In this document: piece after piece, positions 51,052 through 64,000 of the stretch
How the letters are laid out: the number at the start of each line of letters is the position of its first letter
How positions within the stretch are numbered: the first letter of the stretch is position 1
DNA from: Eledone cirrhosa
Taxonomy: Eukaryota
Reading direction: 5' to 3'
Assembly (NCBI GenBank): GCA_964016885.1
Contig: OZ024740.1
Coordinates: 332,754,001-332,818,000, forward strand
DNA: 64,000 nt
Program-made: the position numbers and the translations under genes
Notes under the pieces: generated by a model
What the model was told of the DNA's origin: nothing
The model's input: only the letters and a program-made list of their open reading frames with translations
The model's database searches: none

Positions 51052-52243
51052 CTCAGTGCACCCGTAACTCGCATCCGATTTCTTTTAGGTTGTTAGTATG
51101 CACCTTGTTATCGCTAAGGGCTTTTAGCATCCATGCAATTGCGAGCAGTTACAGACACCGTAGCGAAACTAAATTCATTAATTCATTAATTTGCCCTAAG
51201 GTACAGCTGGAAGGGAAGGCAGTATCTTAGAGATATTTGAAGTCAGAATTCTGAGATTTAGTACAAATACCTCACGCTCTGACGACACTCCCAAATCTCT
51301 CACTCTTTACATATATATATTTTTTTGATTTATATTTTTTAATTATTGCGTGTATACCCTGCCTTTCATAGGTTATAGATTCCATATACTGGGGTTTTTC
51401 CGTTTTATTGATGGCGCACTATCTCTCTCTAGTGTGTTACCTTTTCAACATATTGTATTTTAAAGAGCTCAGGATTCCTTTTCCTTTGAGCACATTATTG
51501 AGAGGGAAAGCGAGAGTCTATGGCTCCGTTAATTTATCCTGATATTTCGCTCCTTATAACAGTATTTCCTCTCTCACTCTGTTTGGTTGAGCACACCTCT
51601 CTGAGTGGTTTTGGGCTGCCCTTTCTAGCAGCTCGTCCGTCAGACACCACTGGTTCACGGCCCTAAACACACTGTGACAGCTCTCTCCCGCGTGTAGCTG
51701 GACGGTCGCTTTGAGGTATTTGTACTAGATCTCAGAATTCTCACTTCAAATCTCTCCAAGATTTTGATTTCAAGTTTTAATTTTGTCGTTCCATGCACAC
51801 AACGCATGCCGCTGGCACATTTCATCATACATACACTCCACGTGCATTCCATATATATTGTTATGAAGCACATAACCTTTATATTCCATATATAGACCAA
51901 ACCCAGGCATATCACATATATACTTTTATGAAATGGATGTTACACATAACCACAATATATATAACTTGTTTGTGCACGCACGCACGGCACACACCTATCC
52001 ACAAGCAATGAGACATGCATCATGCGCAGGCTCCTACCCAGTGCCTTAGCCCACCAGCCTCCATGTATATCATATAGACATTTGCACCAACTATTGTATG
52101 AAACTTTAAGCACACCTCGATAATGCCCCCCCCCACCCCACCCCTGCATCCTTGTCACGTATGCACTCTCTTTTTCCTGCATTTTATTTTATTGTATTTT
52201 ATCTTATTTTATTTTATTATTGTATACTATTTCATTATTTTAT

Positions 52244-52432
52244 GGCGGTGGATTGGCAGTATCGGTGGAGAGTCGGACGCCATGCTTTCCAGCATAGTTA
52301 CGTCCCTTTACGATCTGAGTTCAAATCCCGCCGAGGTTGACTTTGCCTTTCATCCTTACGGGGTCGATAAAATAAAGTACCAGTAATGCACTGGGTAATT
52401 GCTGGCCTTGTGCCTAAAGTAGAAACAATTAT
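52244..52432 (+). mobile_element. SINE copy, close to consensus
   Basis: Complete head, core and tail, with ATTATTTTA duplicated at the flanks. Confidence 0.9.
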
Positions 52433-52499
52433 TTTACGTTATGTACATACAGGTTTTTTTTTTTATATATGTGCAACCCACGCTATATGCGATTAGTGC

Positions 52500-53190
52500 A
52501 GGGATATTCTGCTGCCGTAACATTTAGGCATATTGTGAAGGCACCGTCAGACTCACAAGGCCACGTGATCAGTTTGGGTCAAGGCCTCAAATGCGTTGTC
52601 CCATACAATACTGTGTGCACCATCTCCGCAGCGGTGCGTGGGGGGACGGATGGGGGATACTCATCAAGTATATGCATCCGGTGTGGGTGTGTACCTGACC
52701 GATGTGGAGTAAGGCGCCTAGGGACAATGAAGACGTCGAAGTGATGCCAGACGTTCAACATTACAACCCCTCTCCCACCACAGTAGTAATTCTGATACAT
52801 GAAGAAATTTTAATTGACAGGTGGAGAACGAGGGGAAGCATGAAGTGGGCAACCATGAGTGGCTAGAAATACCTGTGACGTGTACAATTCTTGACCACTC
52901 ATAGAATGACAACAACAGGATCTAAACAACAAACGAAGAAATTCGATGTTAAAAGACTATAGGAAAATCTGGTTCGTAGAATCGAGACGTATCTGACGAC
53001 CGTGTTGATTTCAGAGTCAGGTATATTCACCATATCGATCTTGCCCCGAACTACTCGCTCGAGAAACATTTGTAATATGTCCAATAAATTCCTTTCGTCG
53101 CAACACTGATTCTCTTTTTTCTGTGATATCATACTCCGCTCTATGAGGGCATTGAGTGCTCATACGGCCTACCGCATTCGGACGCTTTAA
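52500..53190 (-). pseudogene. Degraded RTE-type RT fossil
   Basis: GKIDMVNIPDSEI, CLDPVVVIL, TGISSHS and PRTAAEMVHTVL resemble GKAPGPDGIPAE / DA.IV.LYK / RGISLLS / GRST.DMIF, in the correct order. Confidence 0.4.
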
Positions 53191-53202
53191 GTATCCAACA
53201 CC

Positions 53203-53290
<88 letters not shown>

Positions 53291-53329
53291 TGAGAGAGTG
53301 AGAGAGGGAGTATATGTGTGCTTCTATGT

Positions 53330-54600
53330 GAAAATACAGCAGAATTAATAAACCTTGGGGAAATGGAAGTTTGACACGTAATTGAGGAAATGCGATGGAA
53401 TACCCCTCCGGACGCAAGTAAATGGACAGAGGCTGCTGCGTCGAATACAACTCTGAAAACTTATGAAGCAAGATCGATAATGATAGGCTAATAGTTTCTG
53501 TCTACGAACTGCCCCATTTACAAAGATTTTACGCCTGTAACTTGAAGCCGACTAGTAAACCTTTGAAATATTGGGAACATTTAGAATGTATTCACTCAGG
53601 CGTAACTGGCTATAAAACTAGTCGGTCACTATAAATAATAGTTGAGTAAATCGGGTAATGCCCGCTTGGAGACGGAAGAAGTGAACAGGTTTTCTCGAGA
53701 AATTGAACATTGCATCCTAATTATTTTCCGATGTCTGAAGTTGAAATACGTATCAAAATGTGACACACAAAATAAGTAGTAGGCTCTTATTCAAACAATA
53801 AATAGTCAAGATGTGCTGAATCTGGCAACCGTAGATTTATTGACGTTCCTGTCACTCCCGACAGGCCTGTGTTTCCAATGACAAAAAAACACGTTATTAT
53901 TAGCGGCTAATTTTAGAAGTCCGGTATTACTGAATCTCTAACTGGTCAATGTAGTTGGGGGAAATAGCTGCCAAATTCTTGGGAGTAACATCCTCTCATA
54001 AGCCTGGTAGATAAACGATTACTTGGGGCTAATAGGACACAAGATCATCCCACTAATATATATGTATCATTCGGTGCTCCGAGATTTTAATCGTGTATTT
54101 TCTGAAGGCTTTTCTCATTACAAATATGGACACACCAAACCAATCTGCAAATTCCCCACCCACTCCTATATACGTTGATGTTGAAGGAATGGATAAATGC
54201 TAATCACAAGACCTAAGTTGTTCGAATTCTATTGCATACATAGTTATCACGTGTTGCTATTTTTCATGTTCGTTCAACTAAATGGAATATGGATTGCTAT
54301 ATATTAAGTAGATTTTAAACAGACTGGCTTGATTAAGTTCACGTCGGTTAACAGTTAACATAGATAGAGTTCTCTACCATCAAAGCTAATGCATTAACTA
54401 ACACGAGTCTTATACTGCAGAGGCATTATTTGTAGCTGCCAAAGAATTCCACTTGATTGAATCAACATTTACAGCATTGATTGGACATGAAAGAATCTAT
54501 CTCACCTTCAGGCTCTACATCGCCACAAAATTAGCACAGATTACAAGCTGGTAATGTAGCTCAGTCTTTAAGGATGATGTAGCGAGCAAGAGAAGTAATA
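53330..54600 (+). pseudogene. Degraded RTE-type APE/RT fossil
   Basis: VNGQRLLR, YWEHLECI and RDFNRVF..KYG fragments resemble NENG.RLL / HW.QLDYI / KAFD.V..KYG. Confidence 0.35.
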
Positions 54601-55164
54601 GAAGAAAAAGATCTATAATAAAATGCCCAATAAGTTTAAATTGGCAAGATGTAACAACCTATGTGTGTATTGGTAATATATGATCTATGGACATCAATAA
54701 ATGATCTGATGAAATATATGGCATCGATATTCTTAATGTACTGCCGGCTTGTTATTATCTATTATACCGGAGAAACTATGCTGTCTATAATTATCATATA
54801 ACTTAATATTGCCTTGATTTTAAATACTTAGTAATGGTGCTGATCATTGCTAGCGACAGAAGTCAAAGTCATTTAAATAGAAATATAAACTAGAATACAA
54901 TAAAGAAACTATGTATAGTATAATAGAAAGAAATGTAGATTTAAAGAAGAAAGTGAATATAATTTCGTGCTTCTTTTTATTTTTATATGTTTAAACGGAG
55001 AGAGAAAATATATAGTAAATAGTGATCCTGTTCATGATATTACAATTTTATGAGATAGTAGCGTCGTGTATGTTTTTATTGTTCTGCTCATACTTTACAG
55101 AATGTTTACATACACACACACACTTCCATAAATTCACGCGTTCACACCTATGTACACACACAGT

Positions 55165-55247
<83 letters not shown>

Positions 55248-55403
55248 ACATATTATAATTGAATATAAAAGAAAAACGAACACAGGTATGTGCATATATG
55301 TGTTCAAATCGTAAGGGACCAGATTCGCTGTATATAAAAACCTACCGTTTCGAGCCACTGTTTTCCATATAAAACAGAAGTAACATTCAAACACCAACCA
55401 GAT

Positions 55404-55565
55404 GTGAGAAAAACCACAAACCCTCCATCTCAATTCTACTTGTGAAAAGCACAAGAACTGCGAAACCGGTAAAGGAACCAAATAAATATATTTAAAAAAA
55501 AAGACTCCAGTTGCATTTTCGATTTCATCTTTTTTTTCATTTTGTAAAGAAACCTCACTTTCTAA
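55404..55565 (+). mobile_element. Second copy of the 29252 repeat with a degenerate minimal hammerhead
   Basis: CUU-GUGAAAA-GCA..UGC-GAAACCGGUA-AAG. Confidence 0.6.
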
Positions 55566-55584
55566 TATATATATATAGAGAGAG

Positions 55585-55691
55585 AAGTACTAACACAACA
55601 TTTAGTTCACCATACCGAGAACAATTGTTTCACCTTATCTGGTGAAACGATTGTTTCACGGTATAGAGAACTAACTGTTGTGTTACTACTT
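55585..55691. repeat. Imperfect ~50-bp-arm hairpin
   Basis: AAGTACTAACACAACA..GAACAATTGTTTCACC-TTATCT-GGTGAAACGATTGTTT..TGTTGTGTTACTACTT. Confidence 0.85.
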
Positions 55692-55752
55692 CAACCAAAC
55701 TCGTCCCATGGACTGAGTGCTCTACCATTACGAATATTTCCTTCCAGTGTTC

Positions 55753-55816
<64 letters not shown>

Positions 55817-57539
55817 AATATATATATATATATATATATATTCGGTTGAAGGTGATTATATCTTTGAAAAGATGGTATTTCAAAACAATCAACGGGCTAA
55901 AGAAACTTGGACCAGCGGCATAATGGATCATCTCCAAACAAATATTTACACTGCACTCTCTTTCTTATGTATTTGTATATATCTGTTTACAGGCATTTGC
56001 TTGTGTGTTTGTAATGTGTGTTGTTAATATTTTCATCTTGTTAGTAAACATATATGTCTTGAATATCTTTGGAGAATATTTAATGGTGGTGTGGTTCTGA
56101 ATATGTGTCTATACATTATATGAACGTAATATGCTAGGCATTGTATGGATCGTAAGCCGTGTTGAAAATGCAAGAGCTATCAATTGTAAATTTCATACTA
56201 TATAGTTGTCAGCGCTGAAAAACAGCTCTGATCAAGATTTTGTTGACGAATAGAAATAGATAGTGCATTTATGGCTAAAGGTAAGAGATTAGGATCACAT
56301 ATATTCCTATATAAGTGGGAAATAAAAGGATGGATATCTATGATAACTACTCAGGAAAGTACAGCTAATCTAATAGATAATCAGCTGTAAACCCAGCATT
56401 AATTTCAAATAGAGAAAGCAGAATTAAGTAAAATTTACTGATTCTCTGTGTTGGTGTTTATATATTTGTTTTGAGTAATACCATGGAAGAAAATTAGATG
56501 GTAGGAATAATTGTACTGTGCTATATATTAATAGAATGTTAGTCTCTAGATTCAAATCATCAGGTATGGATTTAAATACATTTTTAGTAAAGAAAACAAG
56601 AAGGTTCTATGACATGGAATTCATTACACTAATTTTACATGTTTCTTATACAAAATACTAACTTTCAAAACGTTATGTACCTAAATACGTGCCCAACTAA
56701 TAGTTCCTATGTCAATTGACCTCCGGATGCATGCAAATTAGTATTTCATATAAACGAGAGTCGTGCAAGAATATGTTACAGCATTAAAAAGAACAAAATG
56801 CCTTAAGTTATTTGTATTATGCCATTACCAAAGTTCTCCCCGCCCCTATCTCTCTCTATCTGTCTATCTATCTATCTCTCCCCCTCACTCTTTCACTCCG
56901 CACCACCATTCCCTTCTCACACTCTTTCTGCTTATTTTCGTTGGATAGTTAGTGCGAGATTAATTCATGCACCCCCAAATAGGCTCTTATAATTCCCACA
57001 GTCACCCACACTATATACGTTTCCAGAGAACCAATTAGCTCATCCCATTGAAACTGAAACTGAAGAGCTTGTTTATGCAGCTATCGATTTAATATTGTTC
57101 CAGAGGAAAGTTAAGAGTTTCAATCCAAACAATATCACCGAGTCTGTAGTAGATACATACACATCCTTTTACAAGATTAGTGATTACGGTTGAAGCGACG
57201 CATGGGAATGTGAATGTAAATGTGTGTAGCAGTACTGTATATGTTTATAAAGTTGTGCGCTGTTTTGAATGGGAACTCTAATTGCATAAAATATATCATC
57301 AACCTATGTTATTTCAGCATTTTTAATCCATGTATATCATATTATCTTTAGTATACAAACGTGGAATAAGTATAGATATATACTGAATGTATAATTAAAG
57401 AGTCGTTTAAAATTATGAATATTTTGATTCATGCATAACAATATGCGTCTAAAATCATTTTTAGAAACGTACACCCATGTTAACATATAAACATTTTAAA
57501 ATATATTCTATGCCGTTCTGGCGAAATCAAACACGACTT

Positions 57540-58070
57540 CGAGTTAGATGGAGGATCTTTAGCTGTGGGTACGGAGGTGACAAGTAAGGACAATCTGGGT
57601 CAGGAAATCGCTCTAAGAGGTGAATAAGTGCTGCAGTGGAAGAGGATGTGAGGGTTGTCTCGAGCCTTGTGAGCGTAGCGTACTTTTATGCGTCTGCAAT
57701 GGGCCTGGTCATAGCTGCACATAATCTCCCAAGGATTTTGTTTCTCAGCTGCTGGGATTGATGTTGGCGCTATTAAAGCATGAGTTCTTTACTATATATG
57801 AAATCTTTCTTCAGTCCAGCCGCTGTGCGCAGGCCCTGGCCGTCCATACAGTAACAATTTCTGGTAAATGCTGTCATATATCATGACAAAGGGACCAATC
57901 AATCTGTCTTGGGTTTTTTGTAGAAATTTGTAGACACCCTATGTGCAAGCTCGTTTCAGGAATTATGATCCTGGGAATGTTCAGTGCCAACATGCATGGA
58001 GAAATCTGCGGATAGAGCTCTAATTCAAACGTTACAGCTTTCTGTAATGTTTCTGTTACAGACAGTCAAG
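57540..58070 (-). pseudogene. RTE-clade LINE 3' end fossil
   Basis: Minus-strand fragments KLLLYGR, ANINPSS*E and IVLTCHLRTH resemble the RTE motifs LPK.LLYGEL / NI.P..WE / IGL.SHLRTH. Confidence 0.5.
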
Positions 58071-58135
58071 AATTTTAGAGGATACCGGTATTTGAAAATA
58101 AAAAAAAATTAATGCCTACAGACACGCACAATATG

Positions 58136-58347
<212 letters not shown>

Positions 58348-58783
58348 AAAATTAAGATAAATCAAATGAATTTAATCTAAATCAAAATTATGGGTGTCAT
58401 GCCAGAAAGACATGCGCCATATCACCCGCAAAATAAGGTATAAGATTCTAACGAGTAGGTCCGAGCATTTTATAATAACTAGAAATTGATTAACATATAA
58501 ATAAACATGAACAATCACAGGAGATCATTTTTACAAGTGTGTAACCACACAGCTAGGTAGGTAACTAAGTAAATTCCTTTCCATGGACTATGTTAGGACA
58601 TCATTTGGTCATTCCATAAGTGTATGTAGGTCAACCTGATAGTTTCGGCCTATGATCCTTTCAGCCGACCCTCATGTATATATATGTATGTTATACAAAC
58701 GTTGGGTGACAATAAAGAGATTGCATATGTCTGTTCATGTTATGTAACTAAATCGATTTTCAGCTGTTATTATATTAATATAG

Positions 58784-58974
58784 GGCGGTGGATTGGCAGT
58801 ATCGGTAGAGGGTCGGACACCATGCTTTGACGCATGGAGTTATGTCCCTTTATGATCTGAGTTCAAATCCCGCCGAGGTTAACTTTGCCTTTCATCCTTA
58901 CGGGTTCGATAAAATAAAGTACCAGTAACACACTGGGTAATTGGTGGCCTTGTGCCAAAAGTAGAAACAATTAT
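58784..58974 (+). mobile_element. SINE copy with a 14-bp TSD
   Basis: ATTATATTAATATA occurs on both flanks. Confidence 0.9.
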
Positions 58975-59265
58975 ATTAATATATGTCCACATTATCACTA
59001 ACGTAAACACACGCACACACACAGACACACACATATATATATATACATACAATATATATAAGTGTATGTGTGTGTGTGTATCTTTATAGATTTAGACACA
59101 TGCTTATATATATATATATATATATTATGTTCATTATAATGAACCAGAGATATAATCCTAAATATATTTATCTTCTACAAGGATGTGTATAATTTATTTA
59201 TACTGTTAACTTAATATTTGTCCACGTATACGATACTGTACAAAAGAGATAAGCGCGTATAAAAA

Positions 59266-59355
<90 letters not shown>

Positions 59356-59992
59356 TATCATGCTACTTCAAGCGTTAGTGTTAACCTAATATATTCCTTC
59401 CATATACTGTACCGATTGTGTTGTTATTCCTGTTTACCTTTCACACACACACACACACACACACATAGACACACACCCGCCCACACCCGCACACACACAA
59501 ACACACACACACACACACACATACATACACACACCACACAAACACACGCACATTTATATATATATATGTGTGTGTGTATACGAACACAAATATTTTCCCG
59601 ATATCTTGTAACATAAAGAAAAAAAACTATTCATGTGTGTGATGAGTTTACTCCTCTGATATTATTTTTGCATTGTACTGCTTATCATACAACTAGAAAG
59701 TCAGCTGATTCGCCTACTGCAACTACAGAAGCGGTAACAACCTCCGTGATTCCTATTCCCCACTCACTAGATATGTGAAAATATGCTCAATTGTCATACT
59801 CTTACATTTCCAGCAAAACCCCTGTCCTCACACACACTCTCCCCTTTTAAATACACGCATGTATAGTATCCATCACCCCTTCTCTAACTTCATTTATCAC
59901 CCCTGGATCATACATCCCATCTATGTCTTTGTAATCTCCTGTTATTTAGATGAGTTTTTACAACGTAATATACAAAATTGTATATATATATG

Positions 59993-60046
<54 letters not shown>

Positions 60047-60192
60047 CATGCATGTGTGTGTGTGCGTGCGTATGTGTGTGTGTGTGTTTGCGAGTGTGCG
60101 TGTATGTTTGCGTATATATAGCCAAACACACACTCATATATATATATATAGATATATAGATATATATGTGTGTGTGTGCGTGTATAAGTTTA

Positions 60193-60310
60193 TCACGTGT
60201 TCAATCGGGGGTAAACAGAGTAAGGTACTCAATAGATAGCAGAGTATAAATATTTAACATAGAAATGGCTTATACAGGACTAGAACAGTTTCATTCGGGA
60301 GAACTCATCA
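60193..60310 (-). mobile_element. Third copy of the short hammerhead-bearing element, truncated at the core
   Basis: Minus strand reads (A)UGAUGA-GUUC-UCCC-GAAU-GAAAC..CUGUA, and the copy shares GTACTCAATA.ATAGCAGAGTA. Confidence 0.6.
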
Positions 60311-60333
60311 TCATCATCATATATATATATATA

Positions 60334-60459
60334 GTGAAAGAATGAAGAATAACATTGTCGGCTGCACAACAAGGGGCATTATTTCAGGTATAAATATACA
60401 TAAATATGAAATAAAGCCCCTTGTTGTACAGCCAACCAAGTTACTCTTCAATCTTCCAC
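60334..60459. repeat. Imperfect ~53-bp-arm hairpin
   Basis: GGCTGCACAACAAGGGGCATTATTTCA ... TGAAATAAAGCCCCTTGTTGTACAGCC. Confidence 0.85.
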
Positions 60460-61460
60460 TATTATTACTCCAAGTATAACCTACATAGGAATTACCGCGA
60501 ACTCGCTGCCTAACTATGGAAGCATCTTGTTGAGTTAAACAAAGCCGTACGTTAACACTATCCACGACGCAGAGTACTCACAACCTCTAACTGGATTACC
60601 TATAACGATGACTTGTTACCCCATATATATATATATATATATATATATATTGCATTGTGAAGAGTTCGTAATTTATAGTGAAAACACCTTGTGTTCATGG
60701 CAAATAATTTCCTTAATGGGTTTCCATATTTCCTTACTAATCATTCTCGTTTATTCTCGGAAAATAGCGTAACGAAGATGATTAAGAACTCGACTATTTT
60801 TCAAAATCATTTTCTAATACTCCCACATATTTGTTGTAGGCCGCAACTGATCATAGTAATTGTAATGTAATTGGTAATATCTTCATCGCCGCTGGGGGAA
60901 TTAATGCCGCAATAGTCTGTAATAGATTTGCTTAATGGATAAGGTGTTGTTACACCCATATTTTTTTTTACATGTGCTGCGTAGGTGTATTGACTTTTTA
61001 TTTGTATCTTCCAACAAGACGCCCCTACAATCGCATAATTCAGAAGATGAAAACGCGAAAACTTCAGCCGTTATTGGACCTAGCAATGCTATTTGTCGGA
61101 ATTAATAATGCAACACGAAAGATTTATCAATAGAAATAAAAGGGAAACTCGCAAAACATGTTATTATAACATGTTTGAAGAACCTTCTTCATATTTACAT
61201 ATATTATCATTAGTTTTAAAAAATCATTTGTTATTTTCCTTAGAGAGATACAGAGCTGGTATTAGTAACAGATACACAATTTCGTATTTGTAACCATGTT
61301 GCCATCTACTAAACGAGAGAAAATAATGATGCATTGTCAACGAATATTATGAGAAATATTATACATACTCTTATATCAATTAAGCTTACTTAGCATCATT
61401 GAGTACTGATTTAAAACTGGTCTTTTTAACCCTTGTACTAGGAAATAGAAATGTGTATGT

Positions 61461-61539
<79 letters not shown>

Positions 61540-62566
61540 TCTCTCTCTCTCTCTATACATATATATATATATATGCGTGTGTGTGTGGAGGAAAAAAAGA
61601 GAGAAATACTAATATAATTGTGGGCACATATCTATTATACATATATTCTAGGCATAAATCCATTCTATTTGCACCAAGGAAGCTGATTACAAAGTAGACT
61701 ACTCTATCTCATTAAATACCAAGCATCAATTTCGTTCAATACATTTAATTTCAATCTCTGCCTGTGTTTACACATATACTCGATATCGATTGAATAAATG
61801 ATACACCAGGTATATGCTGGAAATTCTTCAATCGAATTTGCGTTCCAATTCTAAATCGGCACATTTAAACCTGCATGGAACACAAGTGCATATCCAAGAA
61901 GTAAATATAATTTTGAACGTCAAATCTGCTTCGAAATATTAAATCCACATAAAAAATAATAGTCCATATTATGAATGCAATATATTTGGAGAAAATTTAG
62001 GAGAAATAATTTCTATAACTATGGAGCATAGTGTTTAATAGAAGTTGAAACCTGTGTGCTGAGGGAATCATGTATCGCAAGATTTTACATGATTGTTGCT
62101 GTTTCATAGAACCTAAAATGTGATAGGCGAAATATATTTTCGTTATTTTCCACTCTGCTATTTAGTTTTAATTTTAGCTTCAATGAAACTATCATTGATT
62201 TCATCCTTATTTCTTCCAGAGTCGATAACGTATCCCCAAATCACCAATTGGTGATCGATGCATACGTCAACAATTCACAACTTGCTGAACAGTGGAAAGT
62301 TTGGTTCACTGAAATGAATAAATGTTTAATTTAACATGTGGTGCTGCTTGAACTAGTACATACATAAGTCAAATCGTACTCTGCTATATGCACTCTAATG
62401 GAAGGACTTTCGTCAATGTAAGCCGAACTCTAACTGAATAACAGCGATAATCATAACACAAATATTATTTATGAGTTCAGTGTTACTGTGATGGTAAATG
62501 AGTTTATCTAAGGCGTGGATTCAACCTATAACCGAGTTGAATACATATCGAATATTATTTCAATGT

Positions 62567-62677
62567 AAATCCCGCCGAGGTTAACTTTGCCTTTCATCCT
62601 TACGGGGTCGAAAAAATAAAGTACCAGTAATACACTGAAAAAATTGCTGGACTTGTGCCAAAAGTAGAAACAATTAT
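62567..62677 (+). mobile_element. 5'-truncated SINE copy
   Basis: Runs from AAATCCCGCCGAGG to GTAGAAACAATTAT. Confidence 0.85.
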
Positions 62678-62815
62678 TTCAATGTTAAACTAACAACGGT
62701 TTAGCGAGAATTGAATGTTTTAAAATTTATTGTTTCATGAATTTTACCTGCAATTGTCTTAACATGTATATGTAAAAAAATAAGTTCTTCAATATATATG
62801 ACTATAAGTTCATAG

Positions 62816-62928
<113 letters not shown>

Positions 62929-63001
62929 ATATATATATATAATCTACTGTGTGTAATATTTATATTACAACACAACGGAAAAAACTGTATATATATATAT
63001 G

Positions 63002-63067
<66 letters not shown>

Positions 63068-63127
63068 CATACATACATACATACATACATACATACATAC
63101 ATACATACATACATACATACATACATT

Positions 63128-63470
63128 ACATGGTGGCTGCCAACTCGTTTTCGAGTACGGCCACTACTTTATATCCATGTAGGAGAACCCCTACCGATGC
63201 GCTGAAGGAGTGTGACTTTTTAGTCCAGCCAGTGACTTGAAAACTCTGGTACAAACACTACACTTGTGACAATTATTGACACATAGTGCTGGGCCCATGG
63301 TACCATGTGATGACAAGTGCAGAGAGATCTCCAGATATAAAGCAATGCCTGTGCCGTGAAGCTTTTATAGTGAGCAAAGGCACTGCACAAAGCCAGTCCC
63401 ACTCCCTTAACCAAGATGATATTTACCAAAAAGAAGAACAAGTCAACATCAGTGGATACCATCAGGGTTG
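63128..63470 (-). mobile_element. Diverged relative of the 28027/47008 element, embedded in (CATA)n
   Basis: Its 3' end GGCCGTACTCGAAAACGAGTTGGCAGCCACCA resembles GGCCATACTCGATAACGAGGGGGCAGCCATCA. Confidence 0.5.
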
Positions 63471-63539
63471 CATACATACATACATACATACATACATACA
63501 TACATACATACATACATACATACATACATACATACATAC

Positions 63540-63810
63540 AAGATACATATTTAGCTTCATACCCATCATTTTGGAGCTACGGGTTATATACCAACCCGCT
63601 TGGACCAAAGTATGACAGAACTTGGATTTGCGGACAAAAAGCGCAGCTCCCTAATTGATAGTCTACAAATGGCTGCGATAGCTGGCACCTTCAAAATTTG
63701 CAAAACATTCTTGCGATTCAAGGGATGACAATTTCTTTTCTTTTCCAACCTTGCCACCAGGAAGGTGGCCAGTCAAAAAAAATGTACTCGAAATTAAGAG
63801 AAAGAGATAA
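63540..63810 (+). mobile_element. 3'-end fragment of the 22949-25466 R4/Dong-type family, inserted in (CATA)n
   Basis: Closely matches 25197-25466 and has the same terminus GAGAAAGAGATAA. Confidence 0.9.
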
Positions 63811-63833
63811 ACATACATACATATATATATATT

Positions 63834-63965
<132 letters not shown>

Positions 63966-64000
63966 ATATACACGGGTGTGTATGATTGTGTATAGAAGAT

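Noticed and set aside
52244-52335. tRNA gene candidates with A and B boxes
   Set aside because: No cloverleaf can be formed. These are the heads of a multi-copy SINE.

Overview
This is very AT-rich, microsatellite-dense eukaryotic (animal) DNA. The repeat repertoire resembles an octopod cephalopod or other mollusc, which is an inference only. I can support no host protein-coding exon, rRNA, tRNA or CRISPR array, and nearly all short ORFs in the track are translations of (TA)n/(CA)n/(GA)n/(TTA)n tracts. The window is a transposon graveyard containing: (i) about 15 copies of a ~190-bp tRNA-headed SINE with a Meta/MESC-like core; (ii) R4/Dong-clade non-LTR retrotransposons with a restriction-like endonuclease, namely a 2.5-kb + strand copy (22.9-25.5 kb), its truncated sibling (63.5 kb), and a same-orientation pile-up of about 7 copies separated by (TTA)n at 38.3-44.0 kb; (iii) an L1/Tx1-type 3' fragment flanked by a TATCTATCTA duplication; (iv) Penelope-like remnants (GIY-YIG C-terminus, inverted and partial-tandem ends) carrying many hammerhead-ribozyme motifs, two of them structurally complete and one a back-to-back palindromic pair; (v) Helitrons, one with a Rep N-terminal fossil; (vi) RTE fossils; and (vii) a near-perfect 464-474-bp tandem array with strict A/B alternation. 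All coordinates and alignments were made by eye.
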